DNA of 64,000 nt, from IMG/VR virus record IMGVR_UViG_3300028048_001497, positions 110,541 through 174,540 of that record. One strand, 5' to 3'. The position numbers and the translations under genes are program-made. The DNA is from a virus. Its lineage: Duplodnaviria > Caudoviricetes. Below the pieces are notes generated by a model. That model did not search any database. It saw nothing but the letters and a program-made list of their open reading frames with translations, and had not been told where the DNA came from. Of the stretch, positions 9,501-20,803 are shown in pieces; within the stretch, counting starts at the first letter, position 1; each line of letters begins with the position of its first letter.

Positions 9501-11705
9501 ATGGTGGTGAATAAAATGGCAATTATGGTTGGCGGAGGTTTTGGTGGTTTTCAATCGTCTAGTTCTGGTACTACATTTAGTGGTGGTAGTGGTTTGGGGC
9601 GAGATTTACAATCCCCAATAGATTCAATAGATTCTTCTACAACAGGGACTACATTTTCAGGAGGGGCTACATTTCCAAGTAAAAGTAATGATGGTACATC
9701 TACATCATCAACAGGAATAACAAGTCACCCTGGTAGTGAAAGAGTTTGGAAAACAGTAGGTACTGCGGTTTTAAGTGGTGTATTAGGTAAACAATTTAAT
9801 AAAGTTATAGGAAAATTAACAGGCCAAAAACAACAAGACTATAGTATGGAAGGTGCGCCTATTGATATACCAGGTACATTGATGGGTAATTTAAAAAATG
9901 TACAAGGTACAAAAACATATTTAAATAATTATGCTCGTTATAATAATTATTTAACATGTAATTTGGGTATGGCACAAATGGCTTCTGATAGATATATGTC
10001 TATTAAAGAACGTATACCTATGTCTTTTGAATATTATGAAACTCCAAAAAAGAAAAAAGAAGTTGTTATGTATATTAACCCTGAAAACATGACAATTAGT
10101 ACATCAAAAATAAAACAGAAAGTTATTACTCGTGGAGGAATATATTTTCATCATTACGGTGATGATGTATGGAGTATGAAATTGTCAGGTACAGTTGGTT
10201 ATGCGCAAATGCGTGGTATAGAAGCGTTGGAAGAAATATATTTTCATTCAGGGGCATTATTAAAATATAACCATATTGCGGTAGATACAGTACATACGAA
10301 CAAAATTACATCTGCCACAAGCAGTTCTATTAGTGATAGATTAGAAGAATTAAGAAAAACTGGGCCAATAGGTAATTATCTTGCAAAAGTAATTGGTACT
10401 GCTACAGATGCTTTAGGGTATACACAAGGTAAAGATGGGAAATCGGATAATAGCTTAGTTACCAAATTAGGTAAGCATGGTGGTCTATTGGGTAAAATTT
10501 TCAATAATAAAAAATCTAGTGAACAAAGCGGTAAAGAATTATTTGCTTGTTTAGCTAATTCTAGTAAAAATTTACAAGATGGTATTAACAATAAAGCTAA
10601 ACGTAAAAAAGCTGGTGGTATTTCTCGAAAAGAAGTACAAGAATTAATGGCAGTAGGCTCATTAATTACAGGTAAACCAACACAACAAAAGGCTATGTTT
10701 AATAGTATTTTTGCTAATCTAAAAAATACTATGGGTAACTTTTGTAGTAAAAGTATATTAGGCGCAATAGCAGCAGATATGACCGAAACATTAAGTACAG
10801 GTAAATCTTCTAATCAAAAGATGATGGATTTAATGGGTTTATTAAATAGTGGAACAAAAGATTTTTTCCAAAGCACATTAGATGTATTAACAGGACATGG
10901 TTCAGATACAGATACAGGTACTTCTATTGCTCCTTCATCTGCAATTAATGGTAATTATTATTCATTTGATATAAATTCTCGTATGGATTTAAATAATGTG
11001 GTTAGAACAGTTGCTTCTTATGGCGCAGACCATACTATTGATAAAAAACAGGCATATGAACAGTATAAAGATTTAGAGGGAGAATTGACAGACCGATATC
11101 GCCCACGTCAAATTATTATGTATTTTGATGATAGAGTATATATTGGTCATTTTGATAGTTTTAACTATAGCAGAAAAGCTACGACACCATTAATTTATTA
11201 TGATATGACTTTTACTATTACGAGACAAATTAAAATTACACCAAAATCATTGTATAAGAATAAGAATAAATCTTCTTTAGGCGATTTGCTAGGAATGATG
11301 GTAGCAGGACAAGTATTTGGCGGATTTGGTGATGGAACAGATACAGGTTCTTCATCGAATAATAAAAAAGATAGAAAAAAAGACAATAGTAAAGGTTCTT
11401 CTTCTACTACTACTAAAACTGGAACAAAATCTTCTAGTGGAATAGATTATAAAGATTCTGCTTATGATAGTATTTATGAATATGAGAAAAATGCACAATA
11501 TTATGAAGCACATGGCGAAACATCAAGAGCAGGGATTTATCATGAAATGGCACACCAACAAGCTATGTTAAAAGGTAATGGATTGAATTATTCTAGGTCA
11601 AATGTAAATACTGCTGAAAAATTGGTTGATGATGTAATGAGAGGACATGGTGAACCAAGAAGCTATGACTTAAAAATTAAAGAAAGTAAAATTCATGAAG
11701 ATTAA
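9501..11705 (+). CDS. Tail tube-initiator-like / baseplate-proximal structural protein (start possibly 9516)
   Basis: Lies after the TMP; YINPENMTIS...ITRGG and YIGHFDSFNY...YDMTFTI segments split by a low-complexity insert. Confidence 0.5.
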   Translation: MVVNKMAIMVGGGFGGFQSSSSGTTFSGGSGLGRDLQSPIDSIDSSTTGTTFSGGATFPSKSNDGTSTSSTGITSHPGSERVWKTVGTAVLSGVLGKQFNKVIGKLTGQKQQDYSMEGAPIDIPGTLMGNLKNVQGTKTYLNNYARYNNYLTCNLGMAQMASDRYMSIKERIPMSFEYYETPKKKKEVVMYINPENMTISTSKIKQKVITRGGIYFHHYGDDVWSMKLSGTVGYAQMRGIEALEEIYFHSGALLKYNHIAVDTVHTNKITSATSSSISDRLEELRKTGPIGNYLAKVIGTATDALGYTQGKDGKSDNSLVTKLGKHGGLLGKIFNNKKSSEQSGKELFACLANSSKNLQDGINNKAKRKKAGGISRKEVQELMAVGSLITGKPTQQKAMFNSIFANLKNTMGNFCSKSILGAIAADMTETLSTGKSSNQKMMDLMGLLNSGTKDFFQSTLDVLTGHGSDTDTGTSIAPSSAINGNYYSFDINSRMDLNNVVRTVASYGADHTIDKKQAYEQYKDLEGELTDRYRPRQIIMYFDDRVYIGHFDSFNYSRKATTPLIYYDMTFTITRQIKITPKSLYKNKNKSSLGDLLGMMVAGQVFGGFGDGTDTGSSSNNKKDRKKDNSKGSSSTTTKTGTKSSSGIDYKDSAYDSIYEYEKNAQYYEAHGETSRAGIYHEMAHQQAMLKGNGLNYSRSNVNTAEKLVDDVMRGHGEPRSYDLKIKESKIHED

Positions 11706-11799
11706 TAACAATATAGAAAGAAGTATATTATTAATGTTAAAAGTACATAATAATTTTTATCAAAGCAAAATAATATTAGTTGGAAAGTGGTGAAAATAA

Positions 11800-14700
11800 T
11801 TGAGTTCTACAAATGACACACAAAATGCATCTGAAAATTCAAAACAAGAAGCTACGGCAAAACAAAAAGATGCTAACACACAATCATCAACACCTGATAG
11901 TACTGTAAAATCACAAACTAACGGTGATGGAGATTATAATGCTGCTAAAAATGGCGGTACTCATTCTACAGGTAATTACTATTCTAATGGTAATTTAGAA
12001 ATGAGTGTTGGTAGAGACATTTTAGATGGCTCTACATTTAAAAAATACGAACACCCTGAACGTCTTGTTGGGACACAATTACAATATCGCAATAACGGTA
12101 ATATGAAAGTTATCAACTTCAAGCAAGATTATGTTGTTTTAATAAGAAAAAAGTTGTATTATGCTGCAAATTCTGTTATGAATATGAAAACAAATGCGCA
12201 TGTGCAGGATGGATATTATGTTCGTAGTTATAAGTTGGATAATTGGATAAACCTTAGAACCAATATTAGTATTAGTGGCACACCGGGAAATTGTCAAATT
12301 TCTCTAAAGGGTGGAGAAAAAGTGTTATGTTGGGAAGAAATGTCAGTAACAAATTATGGTGTACCTGTTGTAACACAAGATTATAATGGTATGGTAAGTG
12401 ATGAATTTCCTGATAATACAGCTCAAATAAAAGATGTAGCTAATAATGTTGATATGACATCAAAGGTTAAAGACAATTCAGAAAATATTCAAAATAAAGA
12501 AGATACAGGTAATAAAAATACACAAGCTACTACAAATGCAGAAAAGGCTAAATTAGCAGAAAAAGCAGTAGATGAAGCAAAAGGTAAAGCATATAATGTA
12601 GAAACTCCACAGAATTTAGATGATAATCACACATGGACTTCTGAACTATCCGAAGATGGTACTTTTAGAACAATTTATATAAAAAGCAAAAAACCGAATG
12701 AACAAGGTAAATATGAAGAACAAACAATTGAATTACCTGTTGGTACGTCAAAAGAACCAAATGGCTCAAATGGTGATGTAACATTAAATAACTTAGAGTC
12801 TGGTTATAAAATAGCAGAAAAATGTGACTGGGAACCAATGGATGAAGTCTGGATTTATGGTAAATCAAATTTTGAACGTGATGCTAGTGGTGATTTCAAA
12901 ATGAACCAAATATTTTTTGGTTACATTGATACAGTTACAAAATCCCATCAAGCAGGTAAAACGGCTGGTTGTACCATTGAAATTTCTGCTACAGACCAAT
13001 TGAAATTATTAGATTTGTCTTATATGACAACAAATCCGTCTATGACACCTGGTGCTAGTGGTGCTACAGGTTTGGATTTGCGTTATTCAAATCAAGATGA
13101 AAAACATTTTGGTACATTTGAAATTTTTAATCCATTTGCAGTTACACAGTTAATGGGATTGAATTGTGACGCTTCTACGGCTTCAGAAGCACAAAAAGCA
13201 GTATTGCGTAGTGCATGGCGTTACTTTACATTAACAAATGTTTTTGCAGGTAAGCCTGTTTGTGAGATTATTAAAACGCTATGCCTAGATGCAGGTATAC
13301 CACCCTGGTATTTACGTGATAGACTTGAACCAATTAAATTTCCTCCATTTACATATTCATTTAAACAAGCAGATTCTAAGTCTTTATTTAATGGACAAAT
13401 GATGAAACGTTTGAATGAATGTAATGCTGCTGCAAGAAAATTAATGTTGGAATTTTTCGCTGATGAAAAAGGTAATATTGTTTTAAAATGCCCGAACTAT
13501 GCTTTAGGCGTTAATTCCAAGCCTGCAAATAATATGGGACTAGAAAGCTCTACTTTACTAATTAACAAAATAGATGTTGATAAGATAGAACCATATTATG
13601 CAGTAACAACAGGAGATACTTATGCAACAGATAATTTAAATGGTTTAACTTCTGACCAAAAAGCTAGAATTAAATATTTAAAAGCAAATTGCAATAACGT
13701 GGAACAAGTAAAACAATATTACAGAATTAGTTCTTTGGAAAAATTAACTAATATTACAGGTGATACGAAAAAAGCATCTTCTGCTTTGTCAGCAATAGAT
13801 AAAAAACTATCTACGAATGAAGCAAAAACGGAACTTGCTTTTGTTAATAGTACTACCTCCTATAATAACACATATGGTAAAGCACTAGGGACAAAATCTA
13901 TAGTTACTTATACTGTAAAACCTGGTGATACCTTTACAACTATAGCAAAAGCTAATTTAGGTAATGAAGATGGATGGGCAGATATATATGAACAAGCGAA
14001 AGAACAATTTGCTAATGACCCAACAGTAAATATTAAAGATAAAGATGATTGTCAAGCTATATATGGAAAGGTATTAAAGATAGAACTAAATCGCAGATAT
14101 GGAAATAATGGATATATTAGTAAGAGTGCGCAAAGTTTAAGTGAATCCTTATCTAAGAAATATGGTAATGATACAACCACATGGATGAATCAAGCGCAGG
14201 AAGAAGATAAAAATAACCAAGAAGAAATGAATAAGATTATGAGTGGAAAATCTGCTCAATATACAGAGAAAGTTCGTAAGCAATATTCAGGTACATTATC
14301 TGAAATGACAGACGCTTTAATTCCCGAAATACCACAAGAGTTTATTACATCATTCTCCTTAACTGATACAGATAAGAATATTTATAACATGTATGAAGTC
14401 AATATAGAGGGGGATTTTGGTGTATTTGATAAAGGTGGTCCACTTCAAAAGATTTCACGTGTATTCCCTGATATAGCGTCTATGATACGATTTGGTTGCA
14501 GACCATCACCGAATGTATATACTGTTCCATATATGGGTAACAAAGAAAATGCTCATCTATTAGGATTTATGTTATCTGCTCAATCATTAGCTAGAAGAAA
14601 TTCAGGTTCTTTATCTATGATAGAAGATTCTTTTATTCATGTAGGCGACCCAATTCGTTTCTTTGCCTATGATGAACACCCTGACGTTCCATTACAAGAA

Positions 14701-17274
14701 CAATTAGGTGACGCAGTAGTGGACAATTCCGTATTAAATGAAATGTCTATGAAGAAAGATAAAGGATTAGTTTCTGAAAAATCATTAGAAGTAGTAGAGA
14801 GAGAACATTATGGTGAATTAAATCAAGAATTTGAGTCGGAGCAACAAAACGAAAAAGAAATACAAAAGAATAAAAAAGCGACCGATGAAAAAAATAGTCA
14901 TGATAATAGAAAACCAGAAGATTTGGCAAAAGAAGCAGATAAAGTACAAGGAACAGGAGTAAAGAAAGATACAAACAAAGACGATGGCAAAGTACATATT
15001 ACCTTTGAAAAAGGTGATGCATTAAATCTATCTACAACTTCTACATCAACGAAAAAGACGTATGAATTTGCTCCAGCTTCAAAAGTAGCTATGAAAACGG
15101 ATGCACAATCCATTTATTACGTAGAATCAGTATCTCGTAGTATAAGCGCACAAGGTTCTTCTACCATGACACTAAGTTTAAGTTGTGGTAGAATGATGGG
15201 TAAACCTAGTGTAATGGATTATATGTTACTGTTATATAAAACATATTTTGACCCCGCATTGGGTTTTTGTGCAGATATTACAGAGATTAATGATTTAAGA
15301 TATAAGTACAATGGAAAAACCAAAACATATCAAATACAATCTTCTGATTCATTAATGACAATTGCATATAAAGAATACGCATTAAAAGGTGAATATCAGG
15401 ACGCTTATACGGCGCAACAATTAAACGATGCAACAAAAACAGTAGAAAATGATGAAAGTGCAGAATATCCTTATTCACTAAAAAATCTTTGTAATGAAGA
15501 AAAATGTAGTCAATTAAAAATAGATGGATTAACTCATTTTGAAAAAGAAGGAGTACAGTCTATTAATCTAATTGATTTCATTGATTTGTTTAAACGTATA
15601 AAAGATTATTCACAAGATAAATTCACAAATTTAACGAGTATTCAATATGGACGTTTTGTTGGTTCAAATCCTGACGATGCAAATGATTATACACTAATGT
15701 TTAATTTCATTGTATTTTATTTTGATGGTAATCCAACAGAGTGGTCTTGTGTAAGAACAGGGTTTAATGGATTAGTTGGTTCAAATGGTAAACCAGGTGA
15801 ATGGTTATATCAGAAAAAAGATGATGTGCATGATATGTTCAAAGATACATATCATATGCTACCAAACCATACATCTATATCAGGTGCAGAAGTTTTTGAT
15901 TATTGGGTAGAAGCACAATGGTTGACGAATTTAAAAACGCAAGTATCACAACCGACAATAGGAGATAATAGAGATTTTTATATTACATCATGGAATAAAA
16001 ATATAAGAGACGATATTATACAAGAAGCGGTAGCAATAAGTAAAGGCTCATTAGATATTAACAATATAGAAGTTAAAAAAGCAACAGAAGGACAAAGAAA
16101 AATTGAAGAATTGCATCATGCTATTATTGCCTTAAATGTAGATAAATTTGGTAATACATTAAATATTAATTTAACACAATTTGATGGTACTTTAATGCAA
16201 CACGTAGGTGAAACAATTGTTATTCCGAATGAAATTATATTAGATGGTGAATCGAAAAAAGAAATACCTGCGGAAAAAACAGAAACAGTATCAGATTCAG
16301 ATATTACTGATGAAGAAAAAGCTAAATTTGGTGATGACGTTAAAAAATTCCATATGATAAGAAATGGTAAATATGTTACTAGATATGAAGGTAGCAAAAT
16401 GATTGCGCAGTACACATTTGCGGATGATGGATATAATGATAAATTATGTGTAGAACCAAAATGTCAAACAAATCTAGGCTTGTTAGATGCTTATGAAAAA
16501 GAACAAACTCCTAGAAGTAAAGATGGTAAAACTTGTTATCAGTCGCAATTGTCAAAACTTGTTACTATGAAAGATGGAAATCAATGTAGAGTTGTAGTAG
16601 TACAATATTGTTCTGATAAACAAGGACAAAATATTAATGAAGATTATAGTAAATGTTATTTCGGTATTAATGGTGTAGCAAAAGAATGTGAATTACAAGA
16701 TAAAAGCACAGGAAAAGGTGTTACGTTTGGAAAGGTTGTAAGTACAGTTTCTACTTATGGTCAAGGTGGAAATAATAATATTGATAAACTGTTAAAAGAA
16801 TCAACAGAATTTACTATAAAAGGAAATAATATATTAACGTTTACTGAAGATGGTAGTGGAAAAATAGATGATAATGTTGAAACAACATCGAATAATACAA
16901 AGAGCACTAAAAAAACAAAAAATAAAAAATCTAAGAAAGAAAAATCAGATAACAATAAATCTACAAAAGGAAAAGAAAACACTATGCAGCCACTTTCTCA
17001 AAACAATGAAACTGCCAATGTAAATAATAAAAAAGAAGATTATAGAGAAGAAAGTAAAAAAGTATTAGGCGAAGCCGTAAAAGATAATCCCGATTTATTA
17101 AGTTCTCAAAAAGTAGGAACAAAAGCAAAAACATACAAAGAATTTAGTGCTAAACATTATAAAGAATGTTATGAATCACAAAAGAAGAATTCACCAAATT
17201 CTCCAGATAGAATTATACAATATCATGCAGAACGTGCATGTAAAGTGATGTATTATAGTCAAAAGAAACGATAA
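11800..17274 (+). CDS. Baseplate hub-like protein with LysM domain(s)
   Basis: 1824 aa; hub-like motifs (IFFGYIDTV, EFFADEKGNIVLK, YYVESVSRSI); LysM YTVKPGDTFTTIAK and a second LysM-like TYQIQSSDSLMTIA. Confidence 0.65.
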   Translation: MSSTNDTQNASENSKQEATAKQKDANTQSSTPDSTVKSQTNGDGDYNAAKNGGTHSTGNYYSNGNLEMSVGRDILDGSTFKKYEHPERLVGTQLQYRNNGNMKVINFKQDYVVLIRKKLYYAANSVMNMKTNAHVQDGYYVRSYKLDNWINLRTNISISGTPGNCQISLKGGEKVLCWEEMSVTNYGVPVVTQDYNGMVSDEFPDNTAQIKDVANNVDMTSKVKDNSENIQNKEDTGNKNTQATTNAEKAKLAEKAVDEAKGKAYNVETPQNLDDNHTWTSELSEDGTFRTIYIKSKKPNEQGKYEEQTIELPVGTSKEPNGSNGDVTLNNLESGYKIAEKCDWEPMDEVWIYGKSNFERDASGDFKMNQIFFGYIDTVTKSHQAGKTAGCTIEISATDQLKLLDLSYMTTNPSMTPGASGATGLDLRYSNQDEKHFGTFEIFNPFAVTQLMGLNCDASTASEAQKAVLRSAWRYFTLTNVFAGKPVCEIIKTLCLDAGIPPWYLRDRLEPIKFPPFTYSFKQADSKSLFNGQMMKRLNECNAAARKLMLEFFADEKGNIVLKCPNYALGVNSKPANNMGLESSTLLINKIDVDKIEPYYAVTTGDTYATDNLNGLTSDQKARIKYLKANCNNVEQVKQYYRISSLEKLTNITGDTKKASSALSAIDKKLSTNEAKTELAFVNSTTSYNNTYGKALGTKSIVTYTVKPGDTFTTIAKANLGNEDGWADIYEQAKEQFANDPTVNIKDKDDCQAIYGKVLKIELNRRYGNNGYISKSAQSLSESLSKKYGNDTTTWMNQAQEEDKNNQEEMNKIMSGKSAQYTEKVRKQYSGTLSEMTDALIPEIPQEFITSFSLTDTDKNIYNMYEVNIEGDFGVFDKGGPLQKISRVFPDIASMIRFGCRPSPNVYTVPYMGNKENAHLLGFMLSAQSLARRNSGSLSMIEDSFIHVGDPIRFFAYDEHPDVPLQEQLGDAVVDNSVLNEMSMKKDKGLVSEKSLEVVEREHYGELNQEFESEQQNEKEIQKNKKATDEKNSHDNRKPEDLAKEADKVQGTGVKKDTNKDDGKVHITFEKGDALNLSTTSTSTKKTYEFAPASKVAMKTDAQSIYYVESVSRSISAQGSSTMTLSLSCGRMMGKPSVMDYMLLLYKTYFDPALGFCADITEINDLRYKYNGKTKTYQIQSSDSLMTIAYKEYALKGEYQDAYTAQQLNDATKTVENDESAEYPYSLKNLCNEEKCSQLKIDGLTHFEKEGVQSINLIDFIDLFKRIKDYSQDKFTNLTSIQYGRFVGSNPDDANDYTLMFNFIVFYFDGNPTEWSCVRTGFNGLVGSNGKPGEWLYQKKDDVHDMFKDTYHMLPNHTSISGAEVFDYWVEAQWLTNLKTQVSQPTIGDNRDFYITSWNKNIRDDIIQEAVAISKGSLDINNIEVKKATEGQRKIEELHHAIIALNVDKFGNTLNINLTQFDGTLMQHVGETIVIPNEIILDGESKKEIPAEKTETVSDSDITDEEKAKFGDDVKKFHMIRNGKYVTRYEGSKMIAQYTFADDGYNDKLCVEPKCQTNLGLLDAYEKEQTPRSKDGKTCYQSQLSKLVTMKDGNQCRVVVVQYCSDKQGQNINEDYSKCYFGINGVAKECELQDKSTGKGVTFGKVVSTVSTYGQGGNNNIDKLLKESTEFTIKGNNILTFTEDGSGKIDDNVETTSNNTKSTKKTKNKKSKKEKSDNNKSTKGKENTMQPLSQNNETANVNNKKEDYREESKKVLGEAVKDNPDLLSSQKVGTKAKTYKEFSAKHYKECYESQKKNSPNSPDRIIQYHAERACKVMYYSQKKR

Positions 17275-17300
17275 AAATATATTTCATATGGTGATGTAAA

Positions 17301-17534
17301 TTGAATATATATGTAAGTTATTTTCAAAAAATGAAAAGTGGAAATCTTTCAGAAACATTATCTACTGCAAAGAAAGCATTAAATGGAATAAAAAATGCTA
17401 AAGGGTTAATTTCTAATGCAAAGGGTGCATTAAAAGGAGCAGTAAAAAATAAAGTAAATGATATGAAAAAGCAAAAAATAAATCAATTGAAAAGTGGTGC
17501 ATTGAAAAAGATAAAATCGAAAACAAAGAGGTGA
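17301..17534 (+). CDS. Small Lys-rich hypothetical protein
   Basis: 77 aa, GGTGA RBS with TTG start, operonic; resembles 18554..19273. Confidence 0.55.
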   Translation: MNIYVSYFQKMKSGNLSETLSTAKKALNGIKNAKGLISNAKGALKGAVKNKVNDMKKQKINQLKSGALKKIKSKTKR

Positions 17535-17540
17535 TGTAAT

Positions 17541-18542
17541 ATGTCAACGTGGCAAAAAGATGAAAATGGTCACGAATATAGGGTTAATGCAAATGGTACG
17601 TGGACGTATAATCCACGAACAACATCTGTAGATTATATCCATCAAAGAGCACAAAAGATAAGACAACAACAAAAAAGTTTAGCAACAATAATATCTGGAA
17701 CAACAAATGGTACTGTAAAAAACACATCAAGTAATATTGGAACAACGGCAAAACAGGCAACGCAAAAAGCAACACAAGTATCACAAACACTTCAAGGAGT
17801 TACAAGTAATGTTGGGAAGGTACGAGAAGAAGTAACCGATGCTGTTGCAGATGCTAATAAGAAAATAGACGGTGTAAAAGATAAAGCAGAGAAAGCAACA
17901 AATCAATTAAATAAATTAAAGAATAAAGCTGCTGGTCTAAAAGGTTTATCAGGGTTATCAGGATTATTCGGTGCAGTAGCAGGAAATTTGCTTATTTCTA
18001 AAATGATGGGCAAAATGGGTGAAATACCCGCAGGTAAATTGATTGGGCAAATTGCTAATATTGCAACTTTAGCAAAAGCAATAAGTGAAGTAATTAAATT
18101 ACAAAACAAAGCAACTACACCAAATAATACGAAAGCAGTAGATAAAGATGGTAATGAAATAGAAAAGTCTAGCGGTGAAGGTTCAACAGATAGTAGTGAT
18201 GAATCGAGTACTGGAGATAAAACATCTTCTATAAAAAACAAAGGCTATTTACCTACAAAAGAAATGATTGGTATTATGGGTAATCCTGAAAAAACAAAAC
18301 AAATGGAACAAGCTGATATATATACAAAATGCGCTGAAAATTGTACAAAGGCAGGGCAAATACATCAAGCGAATATATACAAAAAAATGGCTTTATCTTC
18401 ATCTATGCTTGCCACTACTGGGAAATATTTATTTAATAAAGATACTGTATCAAATGCAGAACAACGAATTACAGAATATAAAAAATATAAAGAAGATAAA
18501 GAACAAGCATGGAAAGAATTTCAAAAAGGATATGGCAAATAA
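17541..18542 (+). CDS. Hypothetical virion-module protein sharing a C-terminal motif with 9501..11705
   Basis: 333 aa, GAGGTGA RBS. Confidence 0.65.
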   Translation: MSTWQKDENGHEYRVNANGTWTYNPRTTSVDYIHQRAQKIRQQQKSLATIISGTTNGTVKNTSSNIGTTAKQATQKATQVSQTLQGVTSNVGKVREEVTDAVADANKKIDGVKDKAEKATNQLNKLKNKAAGLKGLSGLSGLFGAVAGNLLISKMMGKMGEIPAGKLIGQIANIATLAKAISEVIKLQNKATTPNNTKAVDKDGNEIEKSSGEGSTDSSDESSTGDKTSSIKNKGYLPTKEMIGIMGNPEKTKQMEQADIYTKCAENCTKAGQIHQANIYKKMALSSSMLATTGKYLFNKDTVSNAEQRITEYKKYKEDKEQAWKEFQKGYGK

Positions 18543-18553
18543 GGTGATGATAA

Positions 18554-19273
18554 ATGTCGAGTGTAGTATCAAAAGCAAAAAATGTAAAGGATAAAGTTGA
18601 TAATATAAAGGACAAAGCAAATGCAGTAAAGAATTTAAAAAATGGATTAAAAAATGGTAGTGCAATAAAAGGTGCTTTAGGTGGTGCTTTATCAAAAGCT
18701 ACAGGTAGTTTGGGTGTAGTAACTGAATTATCAGATTATGCAAAAGGTGAAGCAACAAATCCTGTCAATGCGTTAAAAAATAGTAGTTTGGTAAAACAAA
18801 TGCAGAATAATAATGATGCTATTGTTCAACAATCTACAGGTGCTAGTACAAATTCTGACGTTTCTGGTGCAGGAAAATCTAGTTTAAAAGATAAATTACT
18901 TGGAAAAGTAAAGGGTGCTATTAAAAGTAAAGCAGATAGTATTGGTGGTAAATTAGCAAATAAAATTGTTAATAAAGCCATAGGTAAAATAGCAGGTAAA
19001 AGTGGAATAGCAGGAATGGCTATTGGTGCTATTGCAGGTGGAGCAACAAAAAAATTAGGTAGTTCCATAAGCGGATTTATTAAAGGTGGAGGAAAAAAGA
19101 TTAATACCAAACAACTTGCAAATACTTTAAAACAAACCAAAGGAATTGGTTCTAATAGTGCAAAATCTGTTGCTACAAAAGGTTTACAACAAATAGCTAA
19201 AAAAGTAAGTGGTGCTACAACAACAAGTAAAACGATACAGGATTATGTTAAAAATCATACTAAATGCTATTAA
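18554..19273 (+). CDS. Lys/Gly/Ala-rich hypothetical protein
   Basis: 239 aa, AGGTGA RBS, glycine-zipper-like GMAIGAIAGG. Confidence 0.65.
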   Translation: MSSVVSKAKNVKDKVDNIKDKANAVKNLKNGLKNGSAIKGALGGALSKATGSLGVVTELSDYAKGEATNPVNALKNSSLVKQMQNNNDAIVQQSTGASTNSDVSGAGKSSLKDKLLGKVKGAIKSKADSIGGKLANKIVNKAIGKIAGKSGIAGMAIGAIAGGATKKLGSSISGFIKGGGKKINTKQLANTLKQTKGIGSNSAKSVATKGLQQIAKKVSGATTTSKTIQDYVKNHTKCY

Positions 19274-19344
19274 AATTTAATGTTAATATAAATATACCAA
19301 CAAGTTTGGTATATTTTTTTATTAGATGAAAAAGAAGGGGGATT

Positions 19345-20310
19345 TTGTTAATGGCGTTTCAATTAACAGATACAGATTTGCAAAATTATAGTGATAATCA
19401 AAATAATTTACAAATTCAAGATGTAGAAGCACCAAAGCCATATGCTACTTATGCAGTTTCAGCTTCAAAAAATCAGTTAGATAAATATTATGATATACAA
19501 ATTCGTGTAGCTCAAATAGATTACCCAGGTAATGAAGTAATTAGTCCTTTTACACGTGACCCAACAAATGTAACAGGTATTGTAAATGATATAGAGAAAA
19601 AAGTTTGTTTGAGAATTAATGATATAAATATGGGTGTTGCGGATTCTGTTGGTTCTACAGGAGTACAGGAACGAAAAACGAGTTATAATGTAACACAAAG
19701 AAATATTTCACAAGTTACGAATACAGATTCAATTCCGAATATACCATTAACATTTCCTTTTATTTTTACCAGTCCGTCTAATTGGTGTGGATTTAATTTT
19801 TTACCACCAGCAGGATGTAAAGTGTTAGTCGGATTTGGTAAACAGAATATGCCATATATATTAGGTTATTTAGCAGAAAATGTAAAAGTAATATCACCTG
19901 TGTTATCTCCAGGTGAGATAATGATAAAAGGAATAGGGAATAATTACATTTATTGGAGTAGAGACGGTGTACTAACTCTTTATGCAGGTGCAGAAGAAGG
20001 AGAGTTAGATAAGAACGATTACACAAAAGAATTAACTAATAAAGAAACTGCTTCTTGTTCGATTGTATTAAATGCAAATCAAGGAGAAATTGTTTTTTCA
20101 ACGAATAATTCACAAATGAGATTAAATTCACAAGGAATTAATATGGCTTATGCAAGTGGTAGTAATGTTTCATCGTTTAATATAGCTGAAGGTATTTCTT
20201 CTGATACGACAGGCAACATTTCTCGTACAAGTGCTAGTGCAACAACAAATACACCTAAAAATTCTGATAATACTGGTGCAAAATCAAAGGTGAATGAATT
20301 ATGTCGATAG
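19345..20310 (+). CDS. Baseplate spike (gpV/gp5 OB-fold-like) protein
   Basis: LPPAGCKVLVGF...PYILG and LSPGEIMIK motifs; lies before gp25/J. Confidence 0.6.
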   Translation: MLMAFQLTDTDLQNYSDNQNNLQIQDVEAPKPYATYAVSASKNQLDKYYDIQIRVAQIDYPGNEVISPFTRDPTNVTGIVNDIEKKVCLRINDINMGVADSVGSTGVQERKTSYNVTQRNISQVTNTDSIPNIPLTFPFIFTSPSNWCGFNFLPPAGCKVLVGFGKQNMPYILGYLAENVKVISPVLSPGEIMIKGIGNNYIYWSRDGVLTLYAGAEEGELDKNDYTKELTNKETASCSIVLNANQGEIVFSTNNSQMRLNSQGINMAYASGSNVSSFNIAEGISSDTTGNISRTSASATTNTPKNSDNTGAKSKVNELCR

Positions 20311-20786
20311 ATGCGGAAATTTTTACAATGTGTGACCATTATACAGGAGGGAAACAATATGCTCCTGAAAAATGTCCGAAATGTGGTGGTGTAGGGTATT
20401 ATTATGATATATCCTACGATAATCAAGGACAAGCGAAATTGGTTACAGGAACGGTTAAATTACAACAAGAAGTATTAAAAATTATTAATGATGAAAAAGG
20501 CAATAATATATTCTTTGAACGTTGGGGTTCGGAATTACATAATTTAATTGGTACGAAGAAAACAAAACTAACAAATTCAAAAGTACAAATGATGATTATC
20601 ACTTCATTAGAATATTTACAATTGTTACAAAATCAAGAAAACAATTTATATAAAAATATGTCACAGGATGAAATTCTGTTAGGGATAAAAGATATAAATG
20701 TTGATGATTATACTGTTGGTTTTGATGTATCTGTAACAATAGAAAACCAATCGAATGAAATACTGAATCAAACAGTCTTACTGTGA
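20301..20786 (+). CDS. Baseplate wedge subunit, gp25/W-like, with N-terminal Cys cluster
   Basis: KLQQEVLKII...GNNIFFERWGSELHNLIG motif; upstream of baseplate J. Confidence 0.7.
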   Translation: MSIDAEIFTMCDHYTGGKQYAPEKCPKCGGVGYYYDISYDNQGQAKLVTGTVKLQQEVLKIINDEKGNNIFFERWGSELHNLIGTKKTKLTNSKVQMMIITSLEYLQLLQNQENNLYKNMSQDEILLGIKDINVDDYTVGFDVSVTIENQSNEILNQTVLL

Positions 20787-20803
20787 AAGTTGGTGTAATA
20801 TAA

